A DNA stretch of 64,000 nucleotides from Acidobacteriota bacterium (GCA_016934555.1 JAFGSS010000088.1:430-64429); one strand, 5' to 3'. Positions 9,935-19,428 are shown, numbered from the stretch's first letter. Numbers and translations: made by a program. The notes: generated by a model from the letters alone, not told the origin.

Positions 9935-10024
9935 TTAAGGCCTGGGGAGATTAAGGCGCACTTTAAGGCGGAGGATTCGGAGGTGGAATATGGCGTCACA
10001 CCGTTCTGGCTGGTAAAGCCTCAT
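9935..10024 (-). other. candidate 29-codon Leu-rich leader peptide ORF in the leuA 5' leader
   Basis: The minus-strand ATG at 10024 encodes MRLYQPERCDAIFHLRILRLKVRLNLPRP* (6 Leu, 2 Ile, 1 Val). It lies between a near-consensus promoter and the leuA start. There is no independent support. Confidence 0.3.
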
Positions 10025-10063
10025 AATAGTCCATCCCGTCGACCCTGCATGCGGTCTTACGGT

Positions 10064-10091
10064 ATCTTAGACCGGCAAGGACGATTGTCAA
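10064..10091 (-). promoter_or_regulatory. near-consensus sigma70-type promoter for leuA (TTGACA-16-TAAGAT)
   Basis: The minus strand reads cTTGACAatcgtccttgccggtcTAAGATacc, about 190 nt upstream of the leuA ATG and 27 nt downstream of the argJ stop. Confidence 0.5.
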
Positions 10092-10117
10092 GACAATTTA
10101 CGCACCCCCGGTGCGGC

Positions 10118-11365
10118 TCAGGAGATATAGCTCGCGTTGATATTGACGTACTCGTGGCTGAGGTCGCAGGTCCAGACGCGGGCGCTCGCCTTCCCCTCCC
10201 GGAGGTCGACCTCGATCCGGAGGTCGTGCTCCTTCATCGCTTCCTCGGCCCGGCTCCGGGTCGAGGCGACGGGGGCGCCGTTGCGGAAGATCGGAATCCC
10301 GTTGAGGCCGAGCACGACCTCGTCGGGGTCGAAGGGGACCCCGCTGTACCCGACCGCGGCCAGGATGCGGCCCCAGTTCAGTTCCTGGCCGTAGAGCGCG
10401 GTCTTGACCAGGGGCGAATGCGCGATGGTCTTGGCCACCCTGCGAGCCGATTCGAAATCGGCCGCCCCCTTGACGGTGATTTCCACGAACTTGGTCGCCC
10501 CCTCCCCGTCCCGGGCGATACGCCGGGCCAGTTCCTCGCAGACCGCGAGCAGTCCCTTCTCGAAAAAGGATACGGCCCGGCTGTCCGCCAGCGAGGCCTC
10601 CGACGCCCCGTTGGCCATGACCAGCACGGTGTCGTTCGTGGAGGTATCCCCGTCCACGGTGAGGCAGTTGAAGGTGCGGTCCGCGGCCCGGCGCAGGCAA
10701 CGCCCGAGTTCGCGGGGCGGAATGCGCAGGTCGGTGGTGAGGACGGCGATCATGGTGGCCATGTTGGGATGAATCATGCCGGAACCCTTGGCCATCCCCC
10801 CGATGCGCACCGTCTTCCCCCCGATGCGGCCTTCGACCGCAAAGGTCTTCTCCACGGTGTCGGTCGTCATGATCGCCTGCGCGGCCGCGCTCCCCCCCAT
10901 GGAATTCAGGGCCGACACCGCTCCGGCTATTCCCTTCAGCATTTTCGGCATGGGAAGGAAGGCGCCGATCACCCCCGTGCTGGCGACCAGCACTTCCGCA
11001 GGCTCCAGGTTCAGGTGCGACGCCAGGTTGCGGGCACTGAGGCGGGCGTCCTTCATCCCCCTCTCCCCCGTGCAGGCGTTGGCGCACCCCGAATTGATCA
11101 GTACCGCCCGGACCCGTCCGCGCGAAACCTTCAGATTCTCCCGCGAGAGCAGGACGGGGGCCGCCTGGATACGGTTCAGGGTGAATACGCCGGCGGCCGA
11201 GGTCGGCCGGGAGGAGAACAGCACGGCCAGGTCGGGCCCCTTGTCCTTGATCCCGGCCGATACCCCCGAAGCCAGATACCCCTGGGGCGCCGTCAGTCCC
11301 CCTTCGATTTCGTGCCAGCCCGCGGCCGGGTTCTGATTGCCTGTTTTCGATTTTTTTCCTGTCAT
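10118..11365 (-). CDS. argJ: bifunctional glutamate N-acetyltransferase / amino-acid acetyltransferase
   Basis: 415 aa with ArgJ family motifs (GVSAGIKDKGPDLAV, ATMIAVLTTD). Its start overlaps the stop of the upstream GNAT gene (ATGA). Confidence 0.9.
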   Translation of the reverse strand: MTGKKSKTGNQNPAAGWHEIEGGLTAPQGYLASGVSAGIKDKGPDLAVLFSSRPTSAAGVFTLNRIQAAPVLLSRENLKVSRGRVRAVLINSGCANACTGERGMKDARLSARNLASHLNLEPAEVLVASTGVIGAFLPMPKMLKGIAGAVSALNSMGGSAAAQAIMTTDTVEKTFAVEGRIGGKTVRIGGMAKGSGMIHPNMATMIAVLTTDLRIPPRELGRCLRRAADRTFNCLTVDGDTSTNDTVLVMANGASEASLADSRAVSFFEKGLLAVCEELARRIARDGEGATKFVEITVKGAADFESARRVAKTIAHSPLVKTALYGQELNWGRILAAVGYSGVPFDPDEVVLGLNGIPIFRNGAPVASTRSRAEEAMKEHDLRIEVDLREGKASARVWTCDLSHEYVNINASYIS

Positions 11366-11874
11366 AGATGCACGACCATCGCGATTTCATCGCATTTGTT
11401 GAATTTGGGACAATGAAAACACTCGTTGTAAACCTTCAGCGGCATGGCGCTGTGCTCGACCTCGACGAACCCGAAGCGGCTGAAGAAATCGGGGACGTAG
11501 GTGAAGACGAACGCCTTCCCGATGCCGATCTCCCGCGCCTCCCGCATCAGTTTTTCGACCAGGGCGGTCCCCGCCCCCCTTCCTCCGAGCGCCGGGTCGA
11601 CGGCGACGGCGCGGACCTCCGCGAGGTCTTCCCAATAGATATGAAGGGCTCCGCAGGCCAGGACCGCACCCGCAGGCCCCTCATCGGTTACCACGCTGTA
11701 GTCGCGGAGGTTCTCGTAAATCTGCAGGTGGGTCTTGGGCAGCATCAGCTGACGCTCGGCATAGTGGTTGATGATGCGGCACATCTCACCCACATCGCCC
11801 AGGCGCGCCTTCCTGACCCGGTATGAGCCCACCTCCCCCGCCTCAACGTGTGGCACGGCTTCCGCTTCCGCCAT
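11362..11874 (-). CDS. GNAT-family N-acetyltransferase, short N-acetylglutamate synthase-like
   Basis: The ORF track extends it to 11958, but the ATG at 11874 (MAEAEAVPHVEAGEV...) avoids a 72-nt overlap with argD. GNAT motifs are present (RAVAVDPALGGRGAGTALV), and it lies inside the arg operon. The C-terminus has a CFHCPKFNKC motif. Confidence 0.65.
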   Translation of the reverse strand: MAEAEAVPHVEAGEVGSYRVRKARLGDVGEMCRIINHYAERQLMLPKTHLQIYENLRDYSVVTDEGPAGAVLACGALHIYWEDLAEVRAVAVDPALGGRGAGTALVEKLMREAREIGIGKAFVFTYVPDFFSRFGFVEVEHSAMPLKVYNECFHCPKFNKCDEIAMVVHL

Positions 11875-11885
11875 CGGCTCCCCCG

Positions 11886-13124
11886 TCAGGACGGTCGTGG
11901 TTTTTCCGATTCGATCCCCCCGAGCACCCCGTCGAGTGTCTCGAGGAACAGGTCGCACTCCTTCCGGGTGATGACGAAGGGGGGGAGCAGCCGGAGCACG
12001 GTTTCGTGCGCGGCGTTGGCGATGACGCCCTTCTCGAGCAGCCGGTCGACCGTCTCCCTGGCCGCGGCGCCGAGTTCGACCCCGATCATCAGCCCCAGGG
12101 CGCGGATCTCGCCCATCAGCGGGTGGTTACGGGCAAGGGCCCGGAGCCCCTCGACAAGGTAGTCCCCCATCTCCCTGACATTCCGGATCAACCCTTCCTC
12201 CTCGATGACGGCCAGGACCTCGAGCGCCACCCGGCACGCCAGCGGACCGCCGCCGAAGGTCGTGCCGTGATCGCCCGGTCCGAGGCTCCCGGCGACGCGC
12301 CCGTTGCCGAGGACGGCCCCGAGCGGGTACCCCGCCGCCAGCGATTTGGCCATCGTGACCACGTCCGGCCGGATGCCGTAATGCTCGAACCCGAAAAATT
12401 TCCCGGTCCGTCCCATGCCGCACTGGATCTCATCCGCGACCAGCAGGGCGTCGTGGCGGTCGCACAATTCCCGGGCCGCCTGCATGAAATCGGCCGGCAT
12501 GGGGAAGACTCCCCCCTCCCCCTGAACCGGCTCGACGACCAGGGCGCAGACCCGGTCGGAGAATGCGCCGGCGAGCGCCTCCGGAGTGAGGGCCTCGACA
12601 ACGCCGATATCGGGGATCAGCGGACGGAAAGGGGCCTGGTATTTTTCCTGGGTGGTGATGCTCAGCGCCCCCAGGGTCCTCCCGTGAAAAGAATTGCGGA
12701 GGGTGAGGATGCGCGATTTTTCCCCTTGGCCCCGGGCGCTCCCGTAGGCGCGCGCGATCTTGAGCGCCGCCTCCATCGCTTCGGCGCCGCTGTTGGTGAA
12801 GAACACCCGCTCCATCCCCGCGAGCCCGGCCAGCTTCTGCGCCAGCAGTCCCTGGAAGGGGTTGTAGAAAAGGTTGGAGCAGTGGATCAACCGCCCCCCC
12901 TGGTCGCGGAGCGCCCCGACGATGCGGGGGTGGTTGTACCCGAGCGAATTCACCGAAATCCCGGCCAGGAAATCGAGGTAACGCCGCCCCGCGATATCCC
13001 GGACGTAGGCCCCCTCGCCGTGCGCGCAGTAGAGGTCCGAGCGCTTGTAGGTGGAAAAGAGGTAGGTCCTCTCCAGCGCCCGGATCTCCTCCGGGCCGAG
13101 ATTGAAATCGTTATGCGTTTCCAT
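11886..13124 (-). CDS. argD: acetylornithine aminotransferase
   Basis: Class-III PLP aminotransferase with a PLP lysine region (TMAKSLAAGYPLGAV) and ArgD-like N-terminus (FSTYKRSDLYCAHGEGAYVRD). Confidence 0.9.
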   Translation of the reverse strand: METHNDFNLGPEEIRALERTYLFSTYKRSDLYCAHGEGAYVRDIAGRRYLDFLAGISVNSLGYNHPRIVGALRDQGGRLIHCSNLFYNPFQGLLAQKLAGLAGMERVFFTNSGAEAMEAALKIARAYGSARGQGEKSRILTLRNSFHGRTLGALSITTQEKYQAPFRPLIPDIGVVEALTPEALAGAFSDRVCALVVEPVQGEGGVFPMPADFMQAARELCDRHDALLVADEIQCGMGRTGKFFGFEHYGIRPDVVTMAKSLAAGYPLGAVLGNGRVAGSLGPGDHGTTFGGGPLACRVALEVLAVIEEEGLIRNVREMGDYLVEGLRALARNHPLMGEIRALGLMIGVELGAAARETVDRLLEKGVIANAAHETVLRLLPPFVITRKECDLFLETLDGVLGGIESEKPRPS

Positions 13125-13908
13125 GAATCTTCGTTCCTTCCGTCAGAGTCCCCTCCGCGAATCTGGTGAGAATGTCCGGGCTGGAGCCCGGCAGGATATG
13201 GACGCTGTCCACCCCGGCCCCGAGCGCCTCCAGGCAGGAGGAGGTCTTCGGCAGCATCCCGCCCGTAAGGACCCCGCTCCGGCGCAGTTCGAGGATCTCC
13301 CCCTTCCCGAGTTCCGCAATCACTTCGCCGCGCCCGTCCCGGACCCCCTCGACATCGGTCAGGTAAACCAGCGTCCGGCACCCCGTGCCCGCGGCGCACG
13401 CCGAGGCCATCTGGTCGGCGTTGACGTTGTAGAGGCCGGCCCCGGGGCCGAAGGCGATGCTGGAAACCACCGGGACATAGCCCGCACCCAGCAGCAGGTC
13501 GAACAGCGGGGCGTTCACCCGGGTGGCCCGGCCCACGAACCCGATCCCGTCGGGGTACCCCGGCGTTCCCTCGACCCGCTCGCAGCGGACGGCCGATCCG
13601 TCGGCGCCGCACAATCCCAGGGCCCCGACCCCCAGGGCGTTCATTTCCGCGACGATCCTCTTGTTGACCTCGCCTGCGAGCACCATGACGGCGACCTCGA
13701 GGGTGCCGGCATCGGTGACGCGCAGCCCCTCGATGAATCTCGACTCCATTCCGAGCTGTCCGAGCCGGCGGTTGAGGCTCTTCCCCCCGCCGTGGACCAG
13801 CAGGATTTCATGGCCGCCCGAAGCGAGCGCCGCAACCTGGCGGAGCAGGCGGCTCCGGATGGCGGCATCCTCGAGGATGCTGCCGCCGAGCTTGATGGCA
13901 ATTCTCAT
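13111..13908 (-). CDS. argB: acetylglutamate kinase
   Basis: AAK family (IKLGGS, VHGGG, NVNADQMA). It overlaps the argD start by 14 nt. Confidence 0.9.
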   Translation of the reverse strand: MRIAIKLGGSILEDAAIRSRLLRQVAALASGGHEILLVHGGGKSLNRRLGQLGMESRFIEGLRVTDAGTLEVAVMVLAGEVNKRIVAEMNALGVGALGLCGADGSAVRCERVEGTPGYPDGIGFVGRATRVNAPLFDLLLGAGYVPVVSSIAFGPGAGLYNVNADQMASACAAGTGCRTLVYLTDVEGVRDGRGEVIAELGKGEILELRRSGVLTGGMLPKTSSCLEALGAGVDSVHILPGSSPDILTRFAEGTLTEGTKIHGNA

Positions 13909-13929
13909 CGATCCCTCCCTGAACCCGGA

Positions 13930-14373
13930 TCAGGACATCAGCGCCCGGATCCTCTCGAGCACCGCCCGGCCGTGCCGGCTGCCGCCCAGAAGGACGAAGA
14001 CGGTGTCGTCGCCGGCCACGGTGCCCAGCACCTCGGGCCACCGGGCCGCATCGAGCACGACCCCGACCGAATGTGCGTTTCCGGGCGACGTCCGGATCAC
14101 CAGCATGTTGCCGCTGACGGCCGTGTGCACCACGAACTGGCCCACGGCCCTCCGCAGAGCCTCCCCCGTCGGGGGATCGGAGGATTCCCCTTCGATGCGG
14201 TAACAGCCGCGGATCTTCACCAGCCCGAGTTCGCGGATGTCGCGCGACAGCGTGGACTGGGTGACCGCCACCCCTTCTTTCCGCAGCCGCAGCGACAGCT
14301 CCCCCTGGCTTTCGATCCGGTTGCCGCGGACGATGTCGAGCAGTCTCGAGTGCCTGACCTGCTTGGATGCCAT
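13930..14373 (-). CDS. argR: arginine repressor
   Basis: 147 aa with a winged-helix N-terminus (QSTLSRDIRELGLVK) and an oligomerisation/arginine-binding C-terminus (GTVAGDDTVFVL). Confidence 0.9.
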   Translation of the reverse strand: MASKQVRHSRLLDIVRGNRIESQGELSLRLRKEGVAVTQSTLSRDIRELGLVKIRGCYRIEGESSDPPTGEALRRAVGQFVVHTAVSGNMLVIRTSPGNAHSVGVVLDAARWPEVLGTVAGDDTVFVLLGGSRHGRAVLERIRALMS

Positions 14374-14379
14374 GTCGCC

Positions 14380-14412
14380 CCCGATCGATAATTATGCATA
14401 TCATTAACTATT
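14380..14412. promoter_or_regulatory. AT-rich island with ARG-box-like half sites directly upstream of argR, in the divergent argR / lpxK region
   Basis: The sequence is ataattatgcatatcattaactatttattcaac, within a 70% GC background. ATTCAA and TGCATATCAT resemble the TNTGAATWWWWATTCANW ARG-box consensus. It lies 7-40 nt upstream of the argR ATG. Confidence 0.4.
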
Positions 14413-14463
14413 TATTCAACCCCAAAGCGGTTACGGATCGGGCTTGGGCCTCTACCGCGACCC

Positions 14464-15561
14464 GTGATACCCTGTCGGCCTATGGACGCGACCCTGCCCT
14501 CCCCCCTGCGCGCCGCCGCCGCCTGCCCCTACGGCCTGGCGGTCCGGCTGCGCAACCGTGCCTACTCCCGAGGATGGGTGCCGCGGAAACACCTCCCCGG
14601 CCCCGTCATCAGCGTCGGCAATCTCACCCTGGGGGGTTCGGGCAAGACCCCCCTGGTCGCCTACCTCGTCCAGGCACTGCTCGAGCGCCAGCGCCGTCCG
14701 GCGGTCCTCACCCGCGGCTACGGGAGACGCGGCCCGCGCGGCCCGCGCATCCTCCCCCCGGGCCGCACCCCGGACCGCCCCGAACTCGATATCGGGGACG
14801 AGGCCGCGCTGCTCAGGCGCCGCTTCCCGTGGATCTGGATGGGAGTTGCAGCCGACCGGCACGCGGCCGGGAGCACCATCGCCGCCGAGGCACCCGACGC
14901 CGTTTTCGTCCTGGACGACGGGTTCCAGCACCGTCGCCTGCACCGTGACCTGGACATCCTCGTCGTCGACCCGAGCCGCCCCCTGGCGGAAAACCGGCTC
15001 TTCCCGCTCGGGACCCTGCGCGAACCGTTCGCCGAGCTTCGGCGCGCCCACATCGTCGTGGTCAACGCCCCCCCGCAGTCGCCCGAGGCGGTCCGAGCCC
15101 TCGCCGCCGTACGCCTGGTGGCGGGGGACATACCGGTCTTTCACTGCATCCAGCGCATCGGCTCCCTGGTCCCCTACCCCGAATGGAAAACCGGGGGCGC
15201 GTCGAGCCCCCCGGCCTGCCGCGTGGCGTTTCTCGCGGCCGCCCTGGGCAACCCCGGGCGTTTCCGAGGCGACATCGAGCGGCTCGGCATCGAGGTGAGG
15301 GGCTCCGCCTTCTTCCGCGACCACCATCGGCTGAACCCCGGGGACTGGGCCCGCTGCCTGGCCGGGGCGCGGCGCGGCGCGGTCGACGCCATCATCGTCA
15401 CGGAAAAGGACGCCGTCAAGATTTCGGCCCCCCCCGATTTCCCCCTCCTCGTCGCCCGCCAGACCGTGGAGTTCCCCGAGGCGGCCGCCTTCCTCGAAGC
15501 CGTCGACGGGGCCCTCGGGCGCGCAGACGTTCACGAGCACCCGCGGCGCGCGCACTGGTAA
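14464..15561 (+). CDS. lpxK: tetraacyldisaccharide 4'-kinase
   Basis: P-loop [16 protein letters not shown] and LpxK family layout. An alternative start is at 14482. Confidence 0.85.
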   Translation: MIPCRPMDATLPSPLRAAAACPYGLAVRLRNRAYSRGWVPRKHLPGPVISVGNLTLGGSGKTPLVAYLVQALLERQRRPAVLTRGYGRRGPRGPRILPPGRTPDRPELDIGDEAALLRRRFPWIWMGVAADRHAAGSTIAAEAPDAVFVLDDGFQHRRLHRDLDILVVDPSRPLAENRLFPLGTLREPFAELRRAHIVVVNAPPQSPEAVRALAAVRLVAGDIPVFHCIQRIGSLVPYPEWKTGGASSPPACRVAFLAAALGNPGRFRGDIERLGIEVRGSAFFRDHHRLNPGDWARCLAGARRGAVDAIIVTEKDAVKISAPPDFPLLVARQTVEFPEAAAFLEAVDGALGRADVHEHPRRAHW

Positions 15562-15603
15562 ATTGTCTTTTCCCGGGTTCTCTGCTACATTCCTCGAACG
15601 GAA

Positions 15604-16593
15604 ATGCGCGAACAGCTGCTGGAAATTCTGGATCGATTCCCGGGCAGGAGGATGGTGGTCGTCGGCGACCCGATCGCCGACGAGTTTCTTTACGGCCGCA
15701 TCGCCCGCGTCTCGCGCGAGGCGCCCGTGCTGGTTCTCGAGTACGGGGATCTCGTCCGGGTGCCGGGCGGCGCCGCCAACGCGGCCCACAACCTGCTCGA
15801 TTTGGAATGCGCCGTCACCGTCGCCGGGTTTGCGGGCCGGGACGAAGCGGGGGACAGGCTCGAGGCGCTGCTCGGCGGCAAGGGGGCCGATACCCGCGCG
15901 CTCGTCCGGCTCCGCTCCTGCTCGACGCCGGTCAAGACCCGCATCCTCGCCGGGGCCCACCACTCCGCCGGACAACAGGTGGTCCGCATCGACCGTGCGC
16001 CGGCAGGGTCCCCTTCCCCCTCCTCGCTCTGGCCCCGGCTGCGTGGCGCCCTCCGCTCCGCCGACGGCATCATCGTCAGCGACTACGGGTACGGGTCGAT
16101 CGACGAGGCCCTTTTCGAGCGGCTGCGCGGGGCCGCCCTCGAACGCGGGATCCCGATCGTGGTCGATTCCCGCTTTCGCATGACCCGCTTTCACGGGGCC
16201 ACCGCGATCACCCCCAACATCACCGAACTGGAAGCGGCCGCGGGCATCGCCATCAACGGGAACGCCCTCCTGCTCGGCAAGACCGCCCGCGCGGCGCTGA
16301 GGCGCCAGAAGCTCGACTCCCTGCTGGTCACCCAGGGGCGTTTCGGCATGACGCTTTTCCGGAAAAGGCGCCCCCCCCTTCATATCCCGGTTTACGGCAC
16401 GGACGAGGTGGCCGACGTCACCGGCGCGGGGGACACCGTCATCGCCGTCTACACCCTGGCCCTCGCCTGCGGCGCCCGGGCCGAGGATGCCGCCCGGCTG
16501 GCGAACTACGCCGGCGGCATCGTCGTCATGAAGCGGGGCACGGCCACCACCACGCGCGCCGAGCTGCGGGCGGCCGTAGGGTCGGACCTATGA
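15604..16593 (+). CDS. hldE: D-glycero-beta-D-manno-heptose-7-phosphate kinase (RfaE/HldE domain I, PfkB family)
   Basis: PfkB carbohydrate kinase motifs ([17 protein letters not shown]) in an LPS heptose gene context. Confidence 0.85.
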   Translation: MREQLLEILDRFPGRRMVVVGDPIADEFLYGRIARVSREAPVLVLEYGDLVRVPGGAANAAHNLLDLECAVTVAGFAGRDEAGDRLEALLGGKGADTRALVRLRSCSTPVKTRILAGAHHSAGQQVVRIDRAPAGSPSPSSLWPRLRGALRSADGIIVSDYGYGSIDEALFERLRGAALERGIPIVVDSRFRMTRFHGATAITPNITELEAAAGIAINGNALLLGKTARAALRRQKLDSLLVTQGRFGMTLFRKRRPPLHIPVYGTDEVADVTGAGDTVIAVYTLALACGARAEDAARLANYAGGIVVMKRGTATTTRAELRAAVGSDL

Positions 16594-17090
16594 ACCCGGG
16601 CCCGGGCCCCCGAGGCAAGACCCGAACGCTGCCGGAACTGGCCGGGATCGTCTCGCACCTGCGCGCGGAGGGACGCACGACGGTTTTCGCCAACGGCTGT
16701 TTCGACCTGCTGCACGCCGGACACGTACGCTACCTCGCAGCCGCCCGGGCGCTCGGGGACATCCTGATCGTGGGAATCAACAGCGACGCCTCCGTCAGAA
16801 AGCTCAAGGGAGAGGGACGCCCCCTGCAGCCGGAAAGCGAGCGCGCCGAGATCCTGGCCGCGCTCGAATGCGTCGACCACGTCGTCGTCTTCGACACCCC
16901 CACGGTGGACCCGCTCCTCCGCGAGCTCCGGCCCGACATTCACGCCAAGGGGACCGACTACACCGAAGAAAGCGTCCCCGAACGGGAAACGGTCCTGTCC
17001 TACGGCGGGCGCGTGGCGATCGCGGGGGATCCCAAGAACCATTCGACCCGCGACCTGATCGCCGTCATCCTGTCCCGGTTCCGCCCATGA
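16590..17090 (+). CDS. D-glycero-beta-D-manno-heptose-1-phosphate adenylyltransferase (RfaE/HldE domain II, cytidylyltransferase-like)
   Basis: Start MNPGPGP...[18 protein letters not shown] (HxGH nucleotidyltransferase motif). It has an ATGA overlap with the kinase gene, so HldE is split into two genes here. Confidence 0.85.
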   Translation: MNPGPGPRGKTRTLPELAGIVSHLRAEGRTTVFANGCFDLLHAGHVRYLAAARALGDILIVGINSDASVRKLKGEGRPLQPESERAEILAALECVDHVVVFDTPTVDPLLRELRPDIHAKGTDYTEESVPERETVLSYGGRVAIAGDPKNHSTRDLIAVILSRFRP

Positions 17091-18145
17091 ACCAGGGGCC
17101 ACGGATCCTGATCCTCCGGTTGAGTTCCCTGGGCGACATCCTGCACACCCTGCCCGCCTTCGCGAGCCTGCGCGCCACTTTTCCCCGCGCCAGGATCGAC
17201 TGGCTGGCGGCGGAAAAATGCCGCTCGCTGGCCGCCGCCATCCGAGGCGTCGACCGGGTCTTTACCCTGGACACCCGCGCCCTGGCCCGTTTCCCCCCCG
17301 ACCGGGCGGCATGGCAGCGGCTGGGCCGACTGATCCGCGAGCTCCGCGCGGCGCGCTACGACCTGGTCGTCGACTTCCAGGGGCTTTTGAAGTCCGCGGT
17401 CCTGGCGCTCCTCTCGGGGGCGCAAACGCGCTTCGGCTTTTCCCGCCCGCTCGTGCGCGAGTGGCCCGCCCACCTCTTTTACCACCGCACGCTCCCGAAA
17501 CCGTCCTCCCCGGTCCATGTTTCCGAGCTGAACCGGCTCCTGGCCGGCCTGGCGGGAGCCGACCTGGGCCTCCGGGCCCCCTTCGAACTGGAGGTTTCCG
17601 AAGAGGACGCCGCACGCGTCGACCGGCTGCTCGCCCCCATCGGGGATTTCGTCGTGTTGAACCCCGGCGGGGGGTGGGGCACCAAGCGCTGGAGCCCCGA
17701 AAGATTCGGGCTGCTGGCCGCCCGCATCCGCAACGAGCTGGGGCTGGAGGTGGCCGTGACAACGGGCCCGGGCGAGGAGGGGCTCTACCGGGCGATCGCG
17801 GCCGTCCACCCGGCGGCGCACCACCTCGCCCTTTCTTTCATCGAAATGATCCCCCTGCTCCGGAAGGCGCGTCTCATGGTAAGCGGCGATACCGGTCCGT
17901 TTCATCTCGCCTGCGCGCTCGCGGTCCCGGTGGTCGGCATTTTCGGCCCCACGTCCCCCGCGAGGAACGGGCCCTGGCACGGGACCCGCGCCGAGGGGGT
18001 GACGCGCGCCCTCGCCTGCAGCCCCTGCCACGCGCGAAAATGCCGGGCCGGGACGGAATGCATGGACATCCCCGTCGAAGAGGTGTTCGCGGCCGTCGCG
18101 AGGTGCCTCCGGGCGAAGAAAGGAGAATCGACCCTTGTCCCCTAG
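17087..18145 (+). CDS. LPS heptosyltransferase (GT9 family, WaaF/WaaC-like)
   Basis: [25 protein letters not shown]-terminus and GT9 fold, with an ATGA overlap with the upstream gene. Confidence 0.8.
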   Translation: MNQGPRILILRLSSLGDILHTLPAFASLRATFPRARIDWLAAEKCRSLAAAIRGVDRVFTLDTRALARFPPDRAAWQRLGRLIRELRAARYDLVVDFQGLLKSAVLALLSGAQTRFGFSRPLVREWPAHLFYHRTLPKPSSPVHVSELNRLLAGLAGADLGLRAPFELEVSEEDAARVDRLLAPIGDFVVLNPGGGWGTKRWSPERFGLLAARIRNELGLEVAVTTGPGEEGLYRAIAAVHPAAHHLALSFIEMIPLLRKARLMVSGDTGPFHLACALAVPVVGIFGPTSPARNGPWHGTRAEGVTRALACSPCHARKCRAGTECMDIPVEEVFAAVARCLRAKKGESTLVP

Positions 18146-19010
18146 TCTCGGGATGTGTTTTCCGGCGGCTGCGATCCTGCTCGTCGCCTGCCTGGCCTGG
18201 CCGGTCTCCGGGGCGCCGCCCGCCACGCCCGCCCCGTTTCCCGTCGGTGAACGGCTCGTGTACACCGTCAAATGGGACCCCCCCTGGTACCTCTTCTTTC
18301 TCCCCTCCATGACGGCGGGGGAGATGGTGCTGGAGCTCCGCCGGGGGGAGCCGTTTCTGGGGCAGGAGGCGCTCGAAGTCCGGCTGGATGCGCGCTCGAG
18401 CGGCACGCTGGCCCGGCTGGCGGGGATGGAGGTCGAGGACTCGTTCCGGTTCTATTCCGAACCGGAACAGCTGTGCGCGCTGGGCTCCCGCAGCCGCACC
18501 CGCGAAGGAAAGCGCATGCGGAGCCTCGAGCTCGACTATGTGCGCGATTCCGGCCGGCTCCGGTTCAGGAAAACGGACGAGGCGGTCGACCCGCCGGAAG
18601 TCAAAAAGGATACAATCAAGGAGGGGATCCCCGCGTGCGTTCACGATCCCTTTTCCGCGCTATACGCCTTTCGCGCCTCTCCGCTCGCCCCCGCCTCTTC
18701 CCGCATTTTCATGATCGGGCACAACGACCGGATCAAGGAGGTACGGGTCCGCGTCCAAAAACTGGAGTCGATCGAAACACCGGCCGGACGCTTCAAGGCC
18801 TGGAAGGTGGACACCGAGGCGATGATGGGGGGGTTGTTCAAGGACGGGGGGGAATTCAACGTCTGGCTGACGGAGGACGGGGACAGGATCCCGGTCCAGT
18901 TCGAGGCTCGGGTGAAGCTGGGAAAGGTGCGGGGGAAACTGGACGCCCGCACCTTCCCCGAAGAGCCCCGGAACGGGGATTCGGGGGAAGCGGGCCGGAG
19001 CCGGCCATAA
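18135..19010 (+). CDS. secreted DUF3108-like protein
   Basis: Signal peptide, YTVKW...G motif pattern, and the genomic association with LPS core genes that is typical of DUF3108. The start is uncertain (18135 or 18153). Confidence 0.6.
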   Translation: MSPSLGMCFPAAAILLVACLAWPVSGAPPATPAPFPVGERLVYTVKWDPPWYLFFLPSMTAGEMVLELRRGEPFLGQEALEVRLDARSSGTLARLAGMEVEDSFRFYSEPEQLCALGSRSRTREGKRMRSLELDYVRDSGRLRFRKTDEAVDPPEVKKDTIKEGIPACVHDPFSALYAFRASPLAPASSRIFMIGHNDRIKEVRVRVQKLESIETPAGRFKAWKVDTEAMMGGLFKDGGEFNVWLTEDGDRIPVQFEARVKLGKVRGKLDARTFPEEPRNGDSGEAGRSRP

Positions 19011-19370
19011 GCCGAATTCTGTTTCCCCGGGCTATGAACCCGGGAACGGCAATCATTCATCTTGCCCCGGGATCACCCCCGGGGTCCAGCAGTCTACCCA
19101 AAAGCATCGGACGGGCCGCCCTTCATCCCTTGCGGGAAGCGCTTTTCTATTTGACCTTGCTCCGTGTGGGGTTTGCCCTGCCGCCGCTGTTACCAGCGTC
19201 GCGGTGCGCTCTTACCGCACCTTTTCACCCTTACCCCGCAATGCGGGGCGGTATATTTTCTGTGGCACTTTCCGTGGGGTCGCCCCCCCCTCGCGTTACG
19301 AGGCACACCGCCCTGTGGAGTTCGGACTTTCCTCGATCCTTGCGGACCGCGATTGCCTGTCCGGCTCCGG
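18995..19370 (-). ncRNA. rnpB: RNase P RNA, bacterial type A
   Basis: The minus strand contains GGAAAGTCCGAACTCCACAGGGC, GGGTAAGGGTGAAAAGGTGCGGTAAGAGCGCACC, CGGAGCAAGGTCAAATAG, AGATGAATGATTGCC and ACAGAATTCGGCTTAT. A P1 helix forms between CCGGAGCCGG and CCGGCTCCGG. The ends are approximate (+/-10 nt), and the 3' end overlaps the last ~15 nt of the convergent DUF3108 CDS. Confidence 0.85.
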
Positions 19371-19428
19371 CACTCCCATCATAGAGGATCCGGCGCGGAA
19401 AGGAAACCCCCGTACGCACGATTCCGGG

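Noticed and set aside
10098-11390. 430-aa minus-strand ORF
   Set aside because: Alternate frame of argJ. It is Arg/Gly-rich, and argJ in the other frame has clear family motifs.
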